Counted from the stretch's first letter, positions 41,461-51,139 are shown. The stretch is 64,000 bases of DNA from an uncultured Bacteroidota bacterium (GCA_902533035.1 CACAKI010000002.1:12191-76190); one strand, 5' to 3'. The notes: generated from the letters alone by a model not told the origin. Translations and numbers: made by a program.

Positions 41461-44400
41461 TTAGAATGATTTATTTATACCAAGTAGCCATCTAAATTTA
41501 ATATTGTTTTCAGAATTAGGAGGATCACTAAGAAAAAATGGAAAATCAAGTCTAAATAATAATGGTTTTTCAAAATCATAATAACCGTTTACAATTTGAC
41601 CTAAATCACAAGCTAAACCAATTCCTAAATTACTTCTTAGGCTACCAAATGAAAGATTATTTTCCACATTATCATTATTGATGACTCCAATATCATAAAA
41701 CAAATAAGAATCAACAATAGGTAATTTATTGAAAAACCTTAGAGCACCATATTGTTTTGTAATAGATTTTAGCTTGTTTGTAAAAGAGACTTCAATATTC
41801 ATTGATATTCCTCCAATACCATAATTTGTATTTACTGTGCCTTCATCAGTATTTTCAAGCATGTAATTACCAGAGTAACCCCTTAAGTTAAGTCCACCCC
41901 CAACATGGAAATGATTAGTCCCAATGCTATAATCTGCACTTTCTTTTGATATAAATCCAGCAGATCTTGATAGAGTGTAATCCATCATTTGTTCAGGGTT
42001 TGCTCCTGCTGCAAATAACATACTTTCGATAGGGAAGTTTTGACCAAATCCGGCTTGAGCAAAAAATCTAGTTTTTATACCTAAACCAAAAATGTTGTTT
42101 TTATTAATACTAGTTAATGAAATTTGAGAAAAATTATAATCACTTAACCAAGAAGAACTTCTTAATGATAAGTTTATATGCCCTTTTCCAGAAACATACG
42201 CATATTTATGAGATAAATTTACAGATAAGATACTATTATATTTATTTTCAGATGGGTTTCTAAAAGGTCCCCATAAATTTTCGTTTAGAAGATAATTCAA
42301 ATCATTATAATCTTTTCTTATCATTCCTTTAAATCCTATTGTTATGCTATTTTGTTTTTGATAATCTTCTATTTCTAAAGATAAAGAATGAGCATCTAAA
42401 CCATCTAAATGTTTTATTGATCCAGAAAACGAACTATTTTTTATGTATTTGTCTAATGCAGTTGAATAATCAAAGCCATATGAAATAATATCATTTCCAG
42501 GTTTATTAGAGTAATTAGAGTTATTTAAAAATGTGCTATTTATAAAGAAAAAAGAATTAATCAAATGATGTTCTCCTAAATATCCTCCCTTCATATCTAC
42601 ACCTAATTTAATTCCATCATATGAGTTGTATCCTATAGCTGGTCTAACTTTAAATTCATAAAACTTCCAATCTGGGTGTTGGTAGACACCATAATTTAGT
42701 GAATATTTGGTATTTCCTTTTAATCTATTGTTTAGCATATAATTATCACCCAATCTATAAGTAGGGTCAATAATTACATTTTCAATTCCACTTGAATCTG
42801 GAATGTAAACAGAAAAATTATATGTTTGATTTAATTTTCCAAAGCCTGTCCACTTAGGTAAGATTTCATATTTTGTTTTTTTAATAAATTCTTTATTAGG
42901 TATATGGTAACGTTTTTTTAGTCCAAATTTTGAAATAACAACTAAATCAATTGGCATCTCCATACCATTTGGGTCTCTTTTTAATTCAATATTATAATTT
43001 GCTTCATCTATTTGTGTTACATTAGATACAGAATAATCTAAACCTTTGGTGCTTTCAAGCCATTGGTCAAAAAACCAATTTAAATCCACTTTTGAAGATT
43101 TAATTATTGAATTTCTGAAATCCTTAAAATAAGGATGACACATTCTCCAAGTGCTAAAATAATCTTGCATTGCTTTTAAAAATAAATCATCTCCTAAAAC
43201 ATATTGTAGATTATATAGCATTACTCCAGGTTTGTAGTACACATGTCTATATCCACCGCCGTGATGAAGAGCACTTCCAAAATCATGAGAATGTGTATTT
43301 AATTTAGGAGTATTGTTAATAGTAGCATCTTTCATATATCGATTATATATTTCTTCATCAATGGATAATAATTTGAATTCTTCATTTTTAAAAAGACGGC
43401 TTCTAGGAGCTTCAGCTGAATATGGTCCATCAATTTTATTTAAGCCCCAAGCAGTTAAAAACTGAGTAAAACCTTCATCCAAAGAAGCTCTATATGTTTC
43501 ATTACTTCCAACCATACCATAAAACCAATTATGACCTATTTCGTGTACAAATAAATCTCGATAATAAGGGTCAAAACCACTATCTAGTGTTAGCATTGGA
43601 TACTCCATTCCATCTCTCGCATCAGCAACTATCATTTTGTGATATACATACATACCTATATCCTCAGAAAACACTTCTATAGTCTTAGCAGTATAATCTG
43701 CAGCGTTTTGCCATCCGGCTGCGTGATGTTCTTGAGCTAAAGAATAACATTTAATACCATTCCATTCACTTTCTCCGATTCTATATGTTGGGTCAGCTGT
43801 AAAAGCAAAATCATGTACATTTTCTGCGTGAAATATCCATGTTTTTTTAACTTTTGGATTATGAGGGATTATAATAGATGGTTTTTCATTCCAAGGTTTA
43901 TTAGCAAAATTTCTAATATCTATTTTTTTTCTAAGACTTGGTGGAAGAACTTCGTTTCTATTTAGCATATTCCCTGTTCCTTCTACGATGTAATTTGCAG
44001 GGAATGTAAGTTCTACATCAAATGCTCCAAAATTTCCGTAAAATTCTTTTACTAAGTGCTGATCAATAGTCCATCCAAATTTTGCGTCATATACAGCAAT
44101 TCTTGGATACCAATGAACACCATTATAATGTTTTAATTTTTTTGTTTCTTCATCATGTTCTCCATCCCATGAATCATAATATTTCATTCTTCTTCCATAT
44201 GGATACTTATTGAAATAAGTTTTGAAGTCTATATTAAAAATAATTTTTTCTCCAGTTTTAAGAGGAGAGTTTAAATATACTTTTAATATTGTATTGTCTA
44301 GTTCTGTTTTTAGATCTATTCCCTCAGATGAAATTGCTAATATTTCTGTTCCTCTTCCAACACCTTCAAATGTTTCATCTACTCTGTTATTAACTTTTTT

Positions 44401-44733
44401 TAAATTTTCATAGTAAGAATCCTCTTGAAATGCGTTTTGATAAAGATGAAAATAAACAACATTTAATTCATCCGGTGAATTATTCCAATATGTTAGTTTT
44501 TGAGATGCGGAAATTATATTATCTAAATCATTAATTTCTGCTTTTATTTCATAATACACATCTTGTTGCCAATATCCCTCATATGGCTGTTTGTTTTTCC
44601 AATAATTTGGATTGTCTAAATGATTATAAGTGTTTGGTTTGTTTATTGGATTGTAATTGGTTTTGAATGAATTTAAATTTTGTGAAAACACAAAACCAAT
44701 CATTAAAAAAAATAAAAACAAAATCTTTTTCAT
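41461..44733 (-). CDS. Secreted M1-family zinc metallopeptidase fused to a C-terminal Omp85/surface-antigen-type beta-barrel
   Basis: 1090-aa ORF with signal peptide MKKILFLFFLMIGFVFSQ. It has DGMEYPM (GxMEN-like) and HEIGHNWFYGMVGSNETYRASLDE, which is HEXXH(X18)E, at aa 397..420 (nt 43531..43545 for HEIGH). The C-terminal ~450 aa have beta-strand patterning, GGGLNLRGYSG (Omp85 loop-6-like (V/L)RG(F/Y), nt 41875..41886) and a terminal ...LLGINKSF. Confidence 0.75.
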   Translation of the reverse strand: MKKILFLFFLMIGFVFSQNLNSFKTNYNPINKPNTYNHLDNPNYWKNKQPYEGYWQQDVYYEIKAEINDLDNIISASQKLTYWNNSPDELNVVYFHLYQNAFQEDSYYENLKKVNNRVDETFEGVGRGTEILAISSEGIDLKTELDNTILKVYLNSPLKTGEKIIFNIDFKTYFNKYPYGRRMKYYDSWDGEHDEETKKLKHYNGVHWYPRIAVYDAKFGWTIDQHLVKEFYGNFGAFDVELTFPANYIVEGTGNMLNRNEVLPPSLRKKIDIRNFANKPWNEKPSIIIPHNPKVKKTWIFHAENVHDFAFTADPTYRIGESEWNGIKCYSLAQEHHAAGWQNAADYTAKTIEVFSEDIGMYVYHKMIVADARDGMEYPMLTLDSGFDPYYRDLFVHEIGHNWFYGMVGSNETYRASLDEGFTQFLTAWGLNKIDGPYSAEAPRSRLFKNEEFKLLSIDEEIYNRYMKDATINNTPKLNTHSHDFGSALHHGGGYRHVYYKPGVMLYNLQYVLGDDLFLKAMQDYFSTWRMCHPYFKDFRNSIIKSSKVDLNWFFDQWLESTKGLDYSVSNVTQIDEANYNIELKRDPNGMEMPIDLVVISKFGLKKRYHIPNKEFIKKTKYEILPKWTGFGKLNQTYNFSVYIPDSSGIENVIIDPTYRLGDNYMLNNRLKGNTKYSLNYGVYQHPDWKFYEFKVRPAIGYNSYDGIKLGVDMKGGYLGEHHLINSFFFINSTFLNNSNYSNKPGNDIISYGFDYSTALDKYIKNSSFSGSIKHLDGLDAHSLSLEIEDYQKQNSITIGFKGMIRKDYNDLNYLLNENLWGPFRNPSENKYNSILSVNLSHKYAYVSGKGHINLSLRSSSWLSDYNFSQISLTSINKNNIFGLGIKTRFFAQAGFGQNFPIESMLFAAGANPEQMMDYTLSRSAGFISKESADYSIGTNHFHVGGGLNLRGYSGNYMLENTDEGTVNTNYGIGGISMNIEVSFTNKLKSITKQYGALRFFNKLPIVDSYLFYDIGVINNDNVENNLSFGSLRSNLGIGLACDLGQIVNGYYDFEKPLLFRLDFPFFLSDPPNSENNIKFRWLLGINKSF

Positions 44734-44782
44734 AATTAATAGATATATAATGTTTTACGAAGATATTATTTTTTGAGTTATT

Positions 44783-45628
44783 TTATGGTACTTCTGCTTT
44801 TAAACTCATATCAATATTTTTTACTGAATGGGTTAGTGCCCCTATGGAGATGTAATCTATGCCAGTTTTTGCATATTCTTTTATATTTGTCTCATTAACA
44901 TTTCCTGAGACTTCGAGAGGTGTTTTCTTATTTATTAATTTGACCGCTTGTTTCATTTCGGCTATTTTAAAATTATCAAGAATAATTCTAGTGATTTCAT
45001 TGAATTTTAAAATATTTTTTAATTCTTCTATATTTCTTACTTCTACTATGATGGGTAGGTTTTTTACTTTTTTAGAATATTGTATTGCTTTATTTACAGT
45101 ATGTGATATTCCTTGTGTATAATCTACATGAGTATCTTTTATCAAAATAACATCGTATAGTCCCATTCTATGATTTTCTCCTCCTCCAATTTTTACAGCC
45201 CATTTTTCTAAGAATCTAATATTAGGAGTAGTTTTTCTAGTATCTAATACTTTTACATTATATTTTTTTATTAATGATGTTATTTTTTTTGTTTTAGTTG
45301 CTATTCCACTCATTCTTTGCATACAGTTTAACACTAATCTTTCCATTGCTAAGATTGATCGTATTTTCCCAGTAACTTTTAAAATAGTATCATTAATAGT
45401 TATATTTTGACCATCTTTTTTTAAAATTTCTACTTTTAAATTTTTGTCATAATAATGAAATATATTTTTTGCTAATTCAACTCCTGCAACAATCCCATTT
45501 TCTTTACTCATTAAATTTGCGGTTCCTGGTTTTTTTTCTGGTATACAACAAATTGAGGTGTGGTCACCATCTTTTATGTCCTCTTCAACACATCTTTCAA
45601 TAAATCTGTGTAATTTTTTTTGATTCAT
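44783..45628 (-). CDS. nadC: Nicotinate-nucleotide pyrophosphorylase (carboxylating)
   Basis: 281-aa ORF with the QPRTase patterns LDTRKTTPN, ENHRMGLYD, LIKDTH and EVSGN. Confidence 0.9.
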   Translation of the reverse strand: MNQKKLHRFIERCVEEDIKDGDHTSICCIPEKKPGTANLMSKENGIVAGVELAKNIFHYYDKNLKVEILKKDGQNITINDTILKVTGKIRSILAMERLVLNCMQRMSGIATKTKKITSLIKKYNVKVLDTRKTTPNIRFLEKWAVKIGGGENHRMGLYDVILIKDTHVDYTQGISHTVNKAIQYSKKVKNLPIIVEVRNIEELKNILKFNEITRIILDNFKIAEMKQAVKLINKKTPLEVSGNVNETNIKEYAKTGIDYISIGALTHSVKNIDMSLKAEVP

Positions 45629-45662
45629 TTGTATTTTTTTGTAATTGCAAATTAAAAAATAA

Positions 45663-45670
45663 TAATTTTG
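45663..45670 (+). promoter_or_regulatory. Bacteroidota-type -7 promoter box (TAATTTTG) upstream of rlmH
   Basis: TAnnTTTG match 25 nt upstream of the ATG at 45696. Confidence 0.35.
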
Positions 45671-45695
45671 AACTTACGTTAATTGTTAAATTTTA

Positions 45696-46145
45696 ATGAA
45701 AATAAAATTAATTTTTTTAGGTAAAAAAAAGACAAATTCTTTAACAGATTTAATAATGAGTTATTTTTCAAGAATTCAAAAAGAGATAACTACAGAATTA
45801 ATTTTCATATCAAATTCTAATAAAAAAAAAGATTTGTATTCTAAAAAAATTAATAATTGTATTAACAATAATGATGTAGTTTTTTTAATTGATGAGAATG
45901 GGAAACATTATGATTCTATTTCTTTTTCTGAGAAAATAAAAAGACAACTTCAAAATAGTTCAAAAAGTATTGTGTTTATTGTTGGAGATGCATATGGTTT
46001 TCCAGTAAATTTATATAACATTTCAAGTGAAATAATTTCACTCTCAAAATTCACTTTTCCTCATGAAATAGCTAGACTAATTATTGTTGAACAGCTTTAC
46101 CGTGCAATAACAATTATTAAAAATCACCCCTATCATCATGAATGA
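45696..46145 (+). CDS. rlmH: 23S rRNA (pseudouridine1915-N3)-methyltransferase
   Basis: 149-aa ORF with SPOUT-fold RlmH patterns IVFIVGDAYGF, LSLSKFTFPHEIARLIIVEQLYRA and C-terminal NHPYHH. Confidence 0.85.
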   Translation: MKIKLIFLGKKKTNSLTDLIMSYFSRIQKEITTELIFISNSNKKKDLYSKKINNCINNNDVVFLIDENGKHYDSISFSEKIKRQLQNSSKSIVFIVGDAYGFPVNLYNISSEIISLSKFTFPHEIARLIIVEQLYRAITIIKNHPYHHE

Positions 46146-46713
46146 AATGGTTTTAGCATCACATAATGAAAATAAAATACGAGAATTTAGACAAATATTT
46201 TTTTCTCAAAAAATTATTTCTTTGAATCAATTGGATTTTAATAATGAAATAGAAGAGACTGGTTCTACTCTAGAAGAAAATGCTTTAATAAAAGTTAGAG
46301 AAGTATTTAATTTTTCGAAAAAAATTTCTATTTCTGATGATAGTGGTTTAGAAATTGATTATTTGAATGCTGAACCAGGAGTTTTTTCTGCAAGATATTC
46401 AGGTTTAAAATCAAAACCAATTGATAATATTAAAAAAGTATTAAAAAACTTAGGAAATACTTTAGAAAGAAAAGCAAGGTTTCGAACTGTAATTGCCTAT
46501 AAAGATGATCAGCAAGAAAAATTATTCCAAGGAATTATAGAGGGTAATATATCTAAAAAAATGAGAGGTTTAGGTGGATTTGGTTATGATCCTATTTTTG
46601 TGCCAAATGGATTTGAGATGACATTTGCTGAAATGAAACCAGAAGTAAAAAATAGCATAAGTCATAGAGCTCTAGCTATTCAAAAATTATATGAATTCAT
46701 TAATTTGAAATAA
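46138..46713 (+). CDS. rdgB: Non-canonical purine NTP pyrophosphatase (RdgB/HAM1 family)
   Basis: 191-aa ORF with VLASHNENKIREF, DDSGLEIDYLNAEPGVFSARY, GFGYDPIF and SHRA. Confidence 0.85.
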   Translation: MNEMVLASHNENKIREFRQIFFSQKIISLNQLDFNNEIEETGSTLEENALIKVREVFNFSKKISISDDSGLEIDYLNAEPGVFSARYSGLKSKPIDNIKKVLKNLGNTLERKARFRTVIAYKDDQQEKLFQGIIEGNISKKMRGLGGFGYDPIFVPNGFEMTFAEMKPEVKNSISHRALAIQKLYEFINLK

Positions 46714-47665
46714 TTTTTTCTATTACTTTAGAGATAAATTCTTTAGTCCTTTTCCCTGACGCAGTAATCATTTGTGGAACTATGCTTTCTTTTGAGAAGC
46801 CAGGTATAGTATTTACTTCAATTATATAAGGTGTTGTTTCTTTGACTATAAAATCAAAACGAACAATACCATGTAGTTTTAATACAGAATAAGCATTTTT
46901 AGATATGCTTTTTATTTCTTCTTCTATTTTTTTCTCAAGTATTGCTGGTGTAATTTCTTCAGATTGACCTAAATATTTTGCATTATAATCAAATATTTCA
47001 TTTTTTGAAATAATTTCTGTAATAGGCAAAGCTTCAAGTTTATCATTTGAGAAATTATGAACAGCACAGGTTAACTCTCTTCCATTTATAAATTCTTCTA
47101 TCATGAAATCTTTACCATATTTTTGTGCTAATTCAATACCTGCATTTAATTTATTTTCGGAATTTATTTTACTTACACCAAAACTAGAACCACTGTCTAT
47201 TGGCTTTACTATACATGGATATTGAATTCTTGGATCAGATTTTTTATTTATTATAGAATATGGTACAGTAAATCCTTTTTTTCTTAAAAATTGATTACAA
47301 TTATATTTATTGAAAGTCAATTTTGATGCACTTTTATTTGATGAGCTATAGGGTATGTTTAAAGATTCAAAATAGCTGCATAAATCACCTGTTTCACCAG
47401 GTGCTCCATGAACTAAAATAATAACAGCATCAAATGTTATTTTTTTACCATTTTCATTTAATGAAAAATCATTTATTTTTATTTTTTTTTCTGTTTTCAG
47501 ATTAATTATTTGCCAGGATTTTTTGGATACCAGAATGATATATCCAGTATATTTTTTTTTATCCAATTTGGAATAAAAGTATTTTCCGCTCTTGATGGAT
47601 ATTTTTTTTTCCACAGAATCTCCTCCAACTAGTATAGCAATATTTTTTTTTCTTTTTATTTCCAA
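46700..47665 (-). CDS. ddl: D-alanine--D-alanine ligase
   Basis: 321-aa ORF with IAILVGGDSVEKKIS, HGAPGETG and ATP-grasp EVNTIPGFS. Confidence 0.9.
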   Translation of the reverse strand: MEIKRKKNIAILVGGDSVEKKISIKSGKYFYSKLDKKKYTGYIILVSKKSWQIINLKTEKKIKINDFSLNENGKKITFDAVIILVHGAPGETGDLCSYFESLNIPYSSSNKSASKLTFNKYNCNQFLRKKGFTVPYSIINKKSDPRIQYPCIVKPIDSGSSFGVSKINSENKLNAGIELAQKYGKDFMIEEFINGRELTCAVHNFSNDKLEALPITEIISKNEIFDYNAKYLGQSEEITPAILEKKIEEEIKSISKNAYSVLKLHGIVRFDFIVKETTPYIIEVNTIPGFSKESIVPQMITASGKRTKEFISKVIEKIISN

Positions 47666-47736
47666 TTTAAGTTATAGCTTAATATAAAGTTATAAGATTT
47701 ATTAAATAATCATCTATTTCTAAATATATTTGTTTT

Positions 47737-48528
47737 ATGAAAAAATATAAGGCTTTAATACTCTTTCTTTTTTCAACACTTATATTTTTATTTGTGTTTT
47801 TCTTTTTAGTTAATTTAATTTTAAAAAATCACACACATCATAATCAGTTAATTGAAGTGCCAAGTTTAATTGGAAAATCAATTCAAGAATCACATAACGA
47901 ATTAATTAATTTGAAATTAAATTACGATCTTTTGGATATTGGCGCATATAATCCAAATTATAAAATAGGCTCTGTTGTTAATCAAGATCCACTTCCTTAT
48001 GATAAAGTTAAAGAGGGTAGAAAGATTTATTTAACTATAAATCCAGATAGAATCCCGTATACTACTTTCCCAGATATTTTAGATAAACCATTTCGGTATG
48101 CAATAGCTCTTCTTAATAGTTATAAATTAAAAGTAGGAGACATATATTATAAAAATGACATTGCAGCTAATGTTATTTTAAAATCAAAATTTGAAGGTTT
48201 TACAATAAAAAAATCAGATAGCCTTCCTATATTTTCTTTAGTTGATTTATATGTTGGGTCAGGCATGCCATTGAATCAATTTGAATTTAAAGTACCTCAA
48301 TTAAGCGGATTGTCTATAACTGCTGCGGAAATTAATTTAAAAGAAAGTTTTTTGAATTTAGGGGATGTGTATATTGACGATGTAGTGTTAGATAGTCTAA
48401 CTCTTTTTGTATATAAACAAAGTAAAAGACCACTAAGCACTTCTCAAGTTTATAAATTTAATTCACAAGTTAAAGCTCCTTCTGTTGATATTTGGGTTAC
48501 AAATGATTCTTCTAAATTAATTTATTAA
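47737..48528 (+). CDS. PASTA domain-containing membrane-anchored protein
   Basis: 263-aa ORF with an N-terminal TM helix followed by about three PASTA-like repeats (for example VPSLIGKSIQESHNELINLKL...GSVVNQDPLPYDKVKEGRKIYLTIN). Confidence 0.6.
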   Translation: MKKYKALILFLFSTLIFLFVFFFLVNLILKNHTHHNQLIEVPSLIGKSIQESHNELINLKLNYDLLDIGAYNPNYKIGSVVNQDPLPYDKVKEGRKIYLTINPDRIPYTTFPDILDKPFRYAIALLNSYKLKVGDIYYKNDIAANVILKSKFEGFTIKKSDSLPIFSLVDLYVGSGMPLNQFEFKVPQLSGLSITAAEINLKESFLNLGDVYIDDVVLDSLTLFVYKQSKRPLSTSQVYKFNSQVKAPSVDIWVTNDSSKLIY

Positions 48529-48531
48529 TAT

Positions 48532-49563
48532 ATGGTCGAACAATCAAATCGCGCTGCCAATCTATTTGAACATTATAATTTTGTAGTTGAAAAGGGGCAT
48601 GATATTATTAGATTAGATAAGTTTTTGATATTGAGACTTGCAAATAAATCTCGAAACAGAATTCAGCAGTGTATAATTAATGGAAACGTTTTTTGTAACA
48701 ATAAGAAACAAATTAAATCTAATTATAAAGTTAAGCCAAATGATGAGATAAGTATAAGATTTGAATACGAACCTTTAGATAAAAGTATTATACCAGAAGA
48801 TATCCCTTTAGATATTTTATATGATGATGATGATATTATAGTGGTAAATAAAAAAGCTGGAATGGTAGTGCATCCTAGTTTTGGACATTACTCTGGAACA
48901 TTGGTTCATGCTTTACTTTTTAAATACACTGAACTTAACAAACTTGATAATCAAGAAAGACCAGGTTTAGTTCATAGAATAGATAAAAATACCACTGGGT
49001 TATTAGTTGTTGCTAGAAATCCAGACACGTTAACTCATTTATCTGCTCAATTTGCTGATCATTCTATAGAAAGAAAATATATTGCTTTAGTTTGGGGAGT
49101 TTTGAAAAACGATAGTGGAACTATTGAAGGAAATGTAGGTCGAAATTTAAAAAACAGAAAAATTATGGATGTTTTTGAAGAAGAAGGTAAAGGAAAACAT
49201 TCAGTTACTCATTATAAGGTTATTGAGCGTTTTAGTTATGTAACATTAATTGAGTGTCAACTAGAAACAGGAAGAACACATCAAATTAGAGTGCATATGA
49301 AATATATTGGTCATCCATTATTTAATGATAATGAATATGGTGGTGATAAAATTTTAAAAGGAACTCGTTTTTCAAAATATAAACGATTTATTGATAATTG
49401 TTTTAAAATATTACCTCGTCAAGCATTACATGCAAAATCGTTAGGTTTTATTCACCCTAATACTAAAAAGAAAATACACTTTGATTCAGATTTACCTCAA
49501 GAATTTCAAGAGCTAATTAATAAGTGGAGGGTTTATTCAAATTCTAATTTATTTACAAATTAA
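48532..49563 (+). CDS. rluD: RluA-family 23S rRNA pseudouridine synthase (RluD-like)
   Basis: 343-aa ORF with an S4-like N-terminus (IRLDKFL), catalytic HRIDKNTTGLLVVA and GRTHQIRVH. Confidence 0.9.
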   Translation: MVEQSNRAANLFEHYNFVVEKGHDIIRLDKFLILRLANKSRNRIQQCIINGNVFCNNKKQIKSNYKVKPNDEISIRFEYEPLDKSIIPEDIPLDILYDDDDIIVVNKKAGMVVHPSFGHYSGTLVHALLFKYTELNKLDNQERPGLVHRIDKNTTGLLVVARNPDTLTHLSAQFADHSIERKYIALVWGVLKNDSGTIEGNVGRNLKNRKIMDVFEEEGKGKHSVTHYKVIERFSYVTLIECQLETGRTHQIRVHMKYIGHPLFNDNEYGGDKILKGTRFSKYKRFIDNCFKILPRQALHAKSLGFIHPNTKKKIHFDSDLPQEFQELINKWRVYSNSNLFTN

Positions 49564-51123
49564 GCGATTAACACTTACAATTGGAGTTTCTTTACTAGGA
49601 AAAAGGTGTTCATGTTTTATCTCAGGCTCTAAACCTGCTCTTTTGGCTTCGATTAAAAAATTTTCATATTCAATGATATATTGATCTGAGTACCCATGAG
49701 TTGCATCATAGGCAGTCATTGAGTTTTTTCCTAAATTATGATAGGTTTTTTTTGGATCAATTGAGTGTAGTTCCACAATTAATAATCCATATTTATTTAA
49801 AAATGGTTTCCAATCTGAAAAATGCTCATAAAGATTTTGACTTAGAACATCATTTTTTATTCTCTTTCCTCTAAAAGAAAAACTACATGTTGAATTTGAA
49901 ATAGATTTATTTTTATTTTTTGGTTTTTTATAAACTCTATTATGATCTAAAAAAGATCTTACGTTTAAGAGATCTTCTAAATTCACATTATATTCTGTTT
50001 TTATTTTTTTTGCTAATTCTTTTGGATTTCCAATGTCTCCAAATGCTGTATTTGCCCAAATATCAGCATTTCTTATATTCTCTTTAGTAACCTCTAAAGC
50101 TTTATAATTGAAATCACTTCCAATAATTATTAAAGGATAATCTTTTAAAAATTTACCTCTTTTTGTTTTATAGTAAATTAAATCAAAAATATGTTCTATT
50201 AAAGATCCATCTCCGCAACCTATATCTATAAAACCTTTTGGTTGTTGTTCAATAGGTAAGTTGAATAGATCTATAATAATTTCATCTACTTTTTGAAAAT
50301 ATAATTTATGAGCACCTCCACTTCCCCAAACATTCATTTTTCTATCTACGTGAATTTCAGCACTGCCTTCTTTTTTCTCCCAAAGAATATTAGGGTTTTT
50401 AAAAATAAGTTCTTCTAATTTTCTAAAAGTAGGCAAATAAGAAACAGTCACTCCATATGCAGAGGATCTTTTAAATAGAAATTCACCAAATGGAGTAATA
50501 GTTTGATTATCTATGTTTACCATTTTTAATATTGAAAAAAAATTAGTTAGTAATTTTCTCCAAGTTTCTTTTATTTTTAGATTTTTTAAGTTTTCAATTC
50601 CTGGGATTTTTTTTCTAGAAAGAAAAACTAAAATAGGGCCTAAAAGAATTCCCTCAATATGTTTTTCTAGATTTAATTTTTGATTATCAGGTGTTAAGAT
50701 TTTTTGGCGATTTTTTAGGTATTTATCGATGAGATTAAATAATCTTGTTCCTTGTTCAGAGTGTGATTCTTTATTTTTTTGAAAAATTTTTTCATAGTTA
50801 AATTCTTCTGAAAAGAAAGGTTCGATAATTTTATATGTGTGGTAAATTTTCAATAAATCAATAGATCTATTTTTTGAAAATAAAATATCATCATTTTTGA
50901 AATTTTGAGAAAGCCAACCTTGACAACAAAGTAATCTTAAAGCAACATTTAAATATCCTTCACTTGCATTAAATTTTTTTGATAAATTAGAAAGACTTAT
51001 CTCTTTTTCTATAAGTTCATTTAATATTTTCTTTTTTCCTAAGGCAAGAACTGTCGGAATTAAAGCTATTCCATCAAGATGATAGAATATATAGGATCTC
51101 ATTTCTGCTTTATTTTTTTTCAT
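49549..51123 (-). CDS. Atypical large class I SAM-dependent methyltransferase with a winged-helix-like N-terminal domain; substrate unknown
   Basis: 524-aa ORF. The N-terminus (FYHLDGIALIPTVLALGKKKILNELIEK.EISLSNLSKKFNASEGYLNVALRLLCCQGWL) resembles the dimerisation/winged-helix domain of small-molecule O-methyltransferases. SAM motif I GFIDIGCGDGSL is at aa 297..308 (nt 50203..50229 for IDIGCGDGS). There is a ~200-aa linker between the two and a long C-terminal extension. Confidence 0.6.
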   Translation of the reverse strand: MKKNKAEMRSYIFYHLDGIALIPTVLALGKKKILNELIEKEISLSNLSKKFNASEGYLNVALRLLCCQGWLSQNFKNDDILFSKNRSIDLLKIYHTYKIIEPFFSEEFNYEKIFQKNKESHSEQGTRLFNLIDKYLKNRQKILTPDNQKLNLEKHIEGILLGPILVFLSRKKIPGIENLKNLKIKETWRKLLTNFFSILKMVNIDNQTITPFGEFLFKRSSAYGVTVSYLPTFRKLEELIFKNPNILWEKKEGSAEIHVDRKMNVWGSGGAHKLYFQKVDEIIIDLFNLPIEQQPKGFIDIGCGDGSLIEHIFDLIYYKTKRGKFLKDYPLIIIGSDFNYKALEVTKENIRNADIWANTAFGDIGNPKELAKKIKTEYNVNLEDLLNVRSFLDHNRVYKKPKNKNKSISNSTCSFSFRGKRIKNDVLSQNLYEHFSDWKPFLNKYGLLIVELHSIDPKKTYHNLGKNSMTAYDATHGYSDQYIIEYENFLIEAKRAGLEPEIKHEHLFPSKETPIVSVNRLICK

Positions 51124-51139
51124 TATTCAAATATGGTTG

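Noticed and set aside
47725-47732. TATATTTG box only 4 nt upstream of the PASTA-domain gene ATG (47737)
   Set aside because: It is too close to the start codon to act as a normal -7 box unless the mRNA is leaderless or the true start is downstream. I left it out of the feature list as ambiguous.
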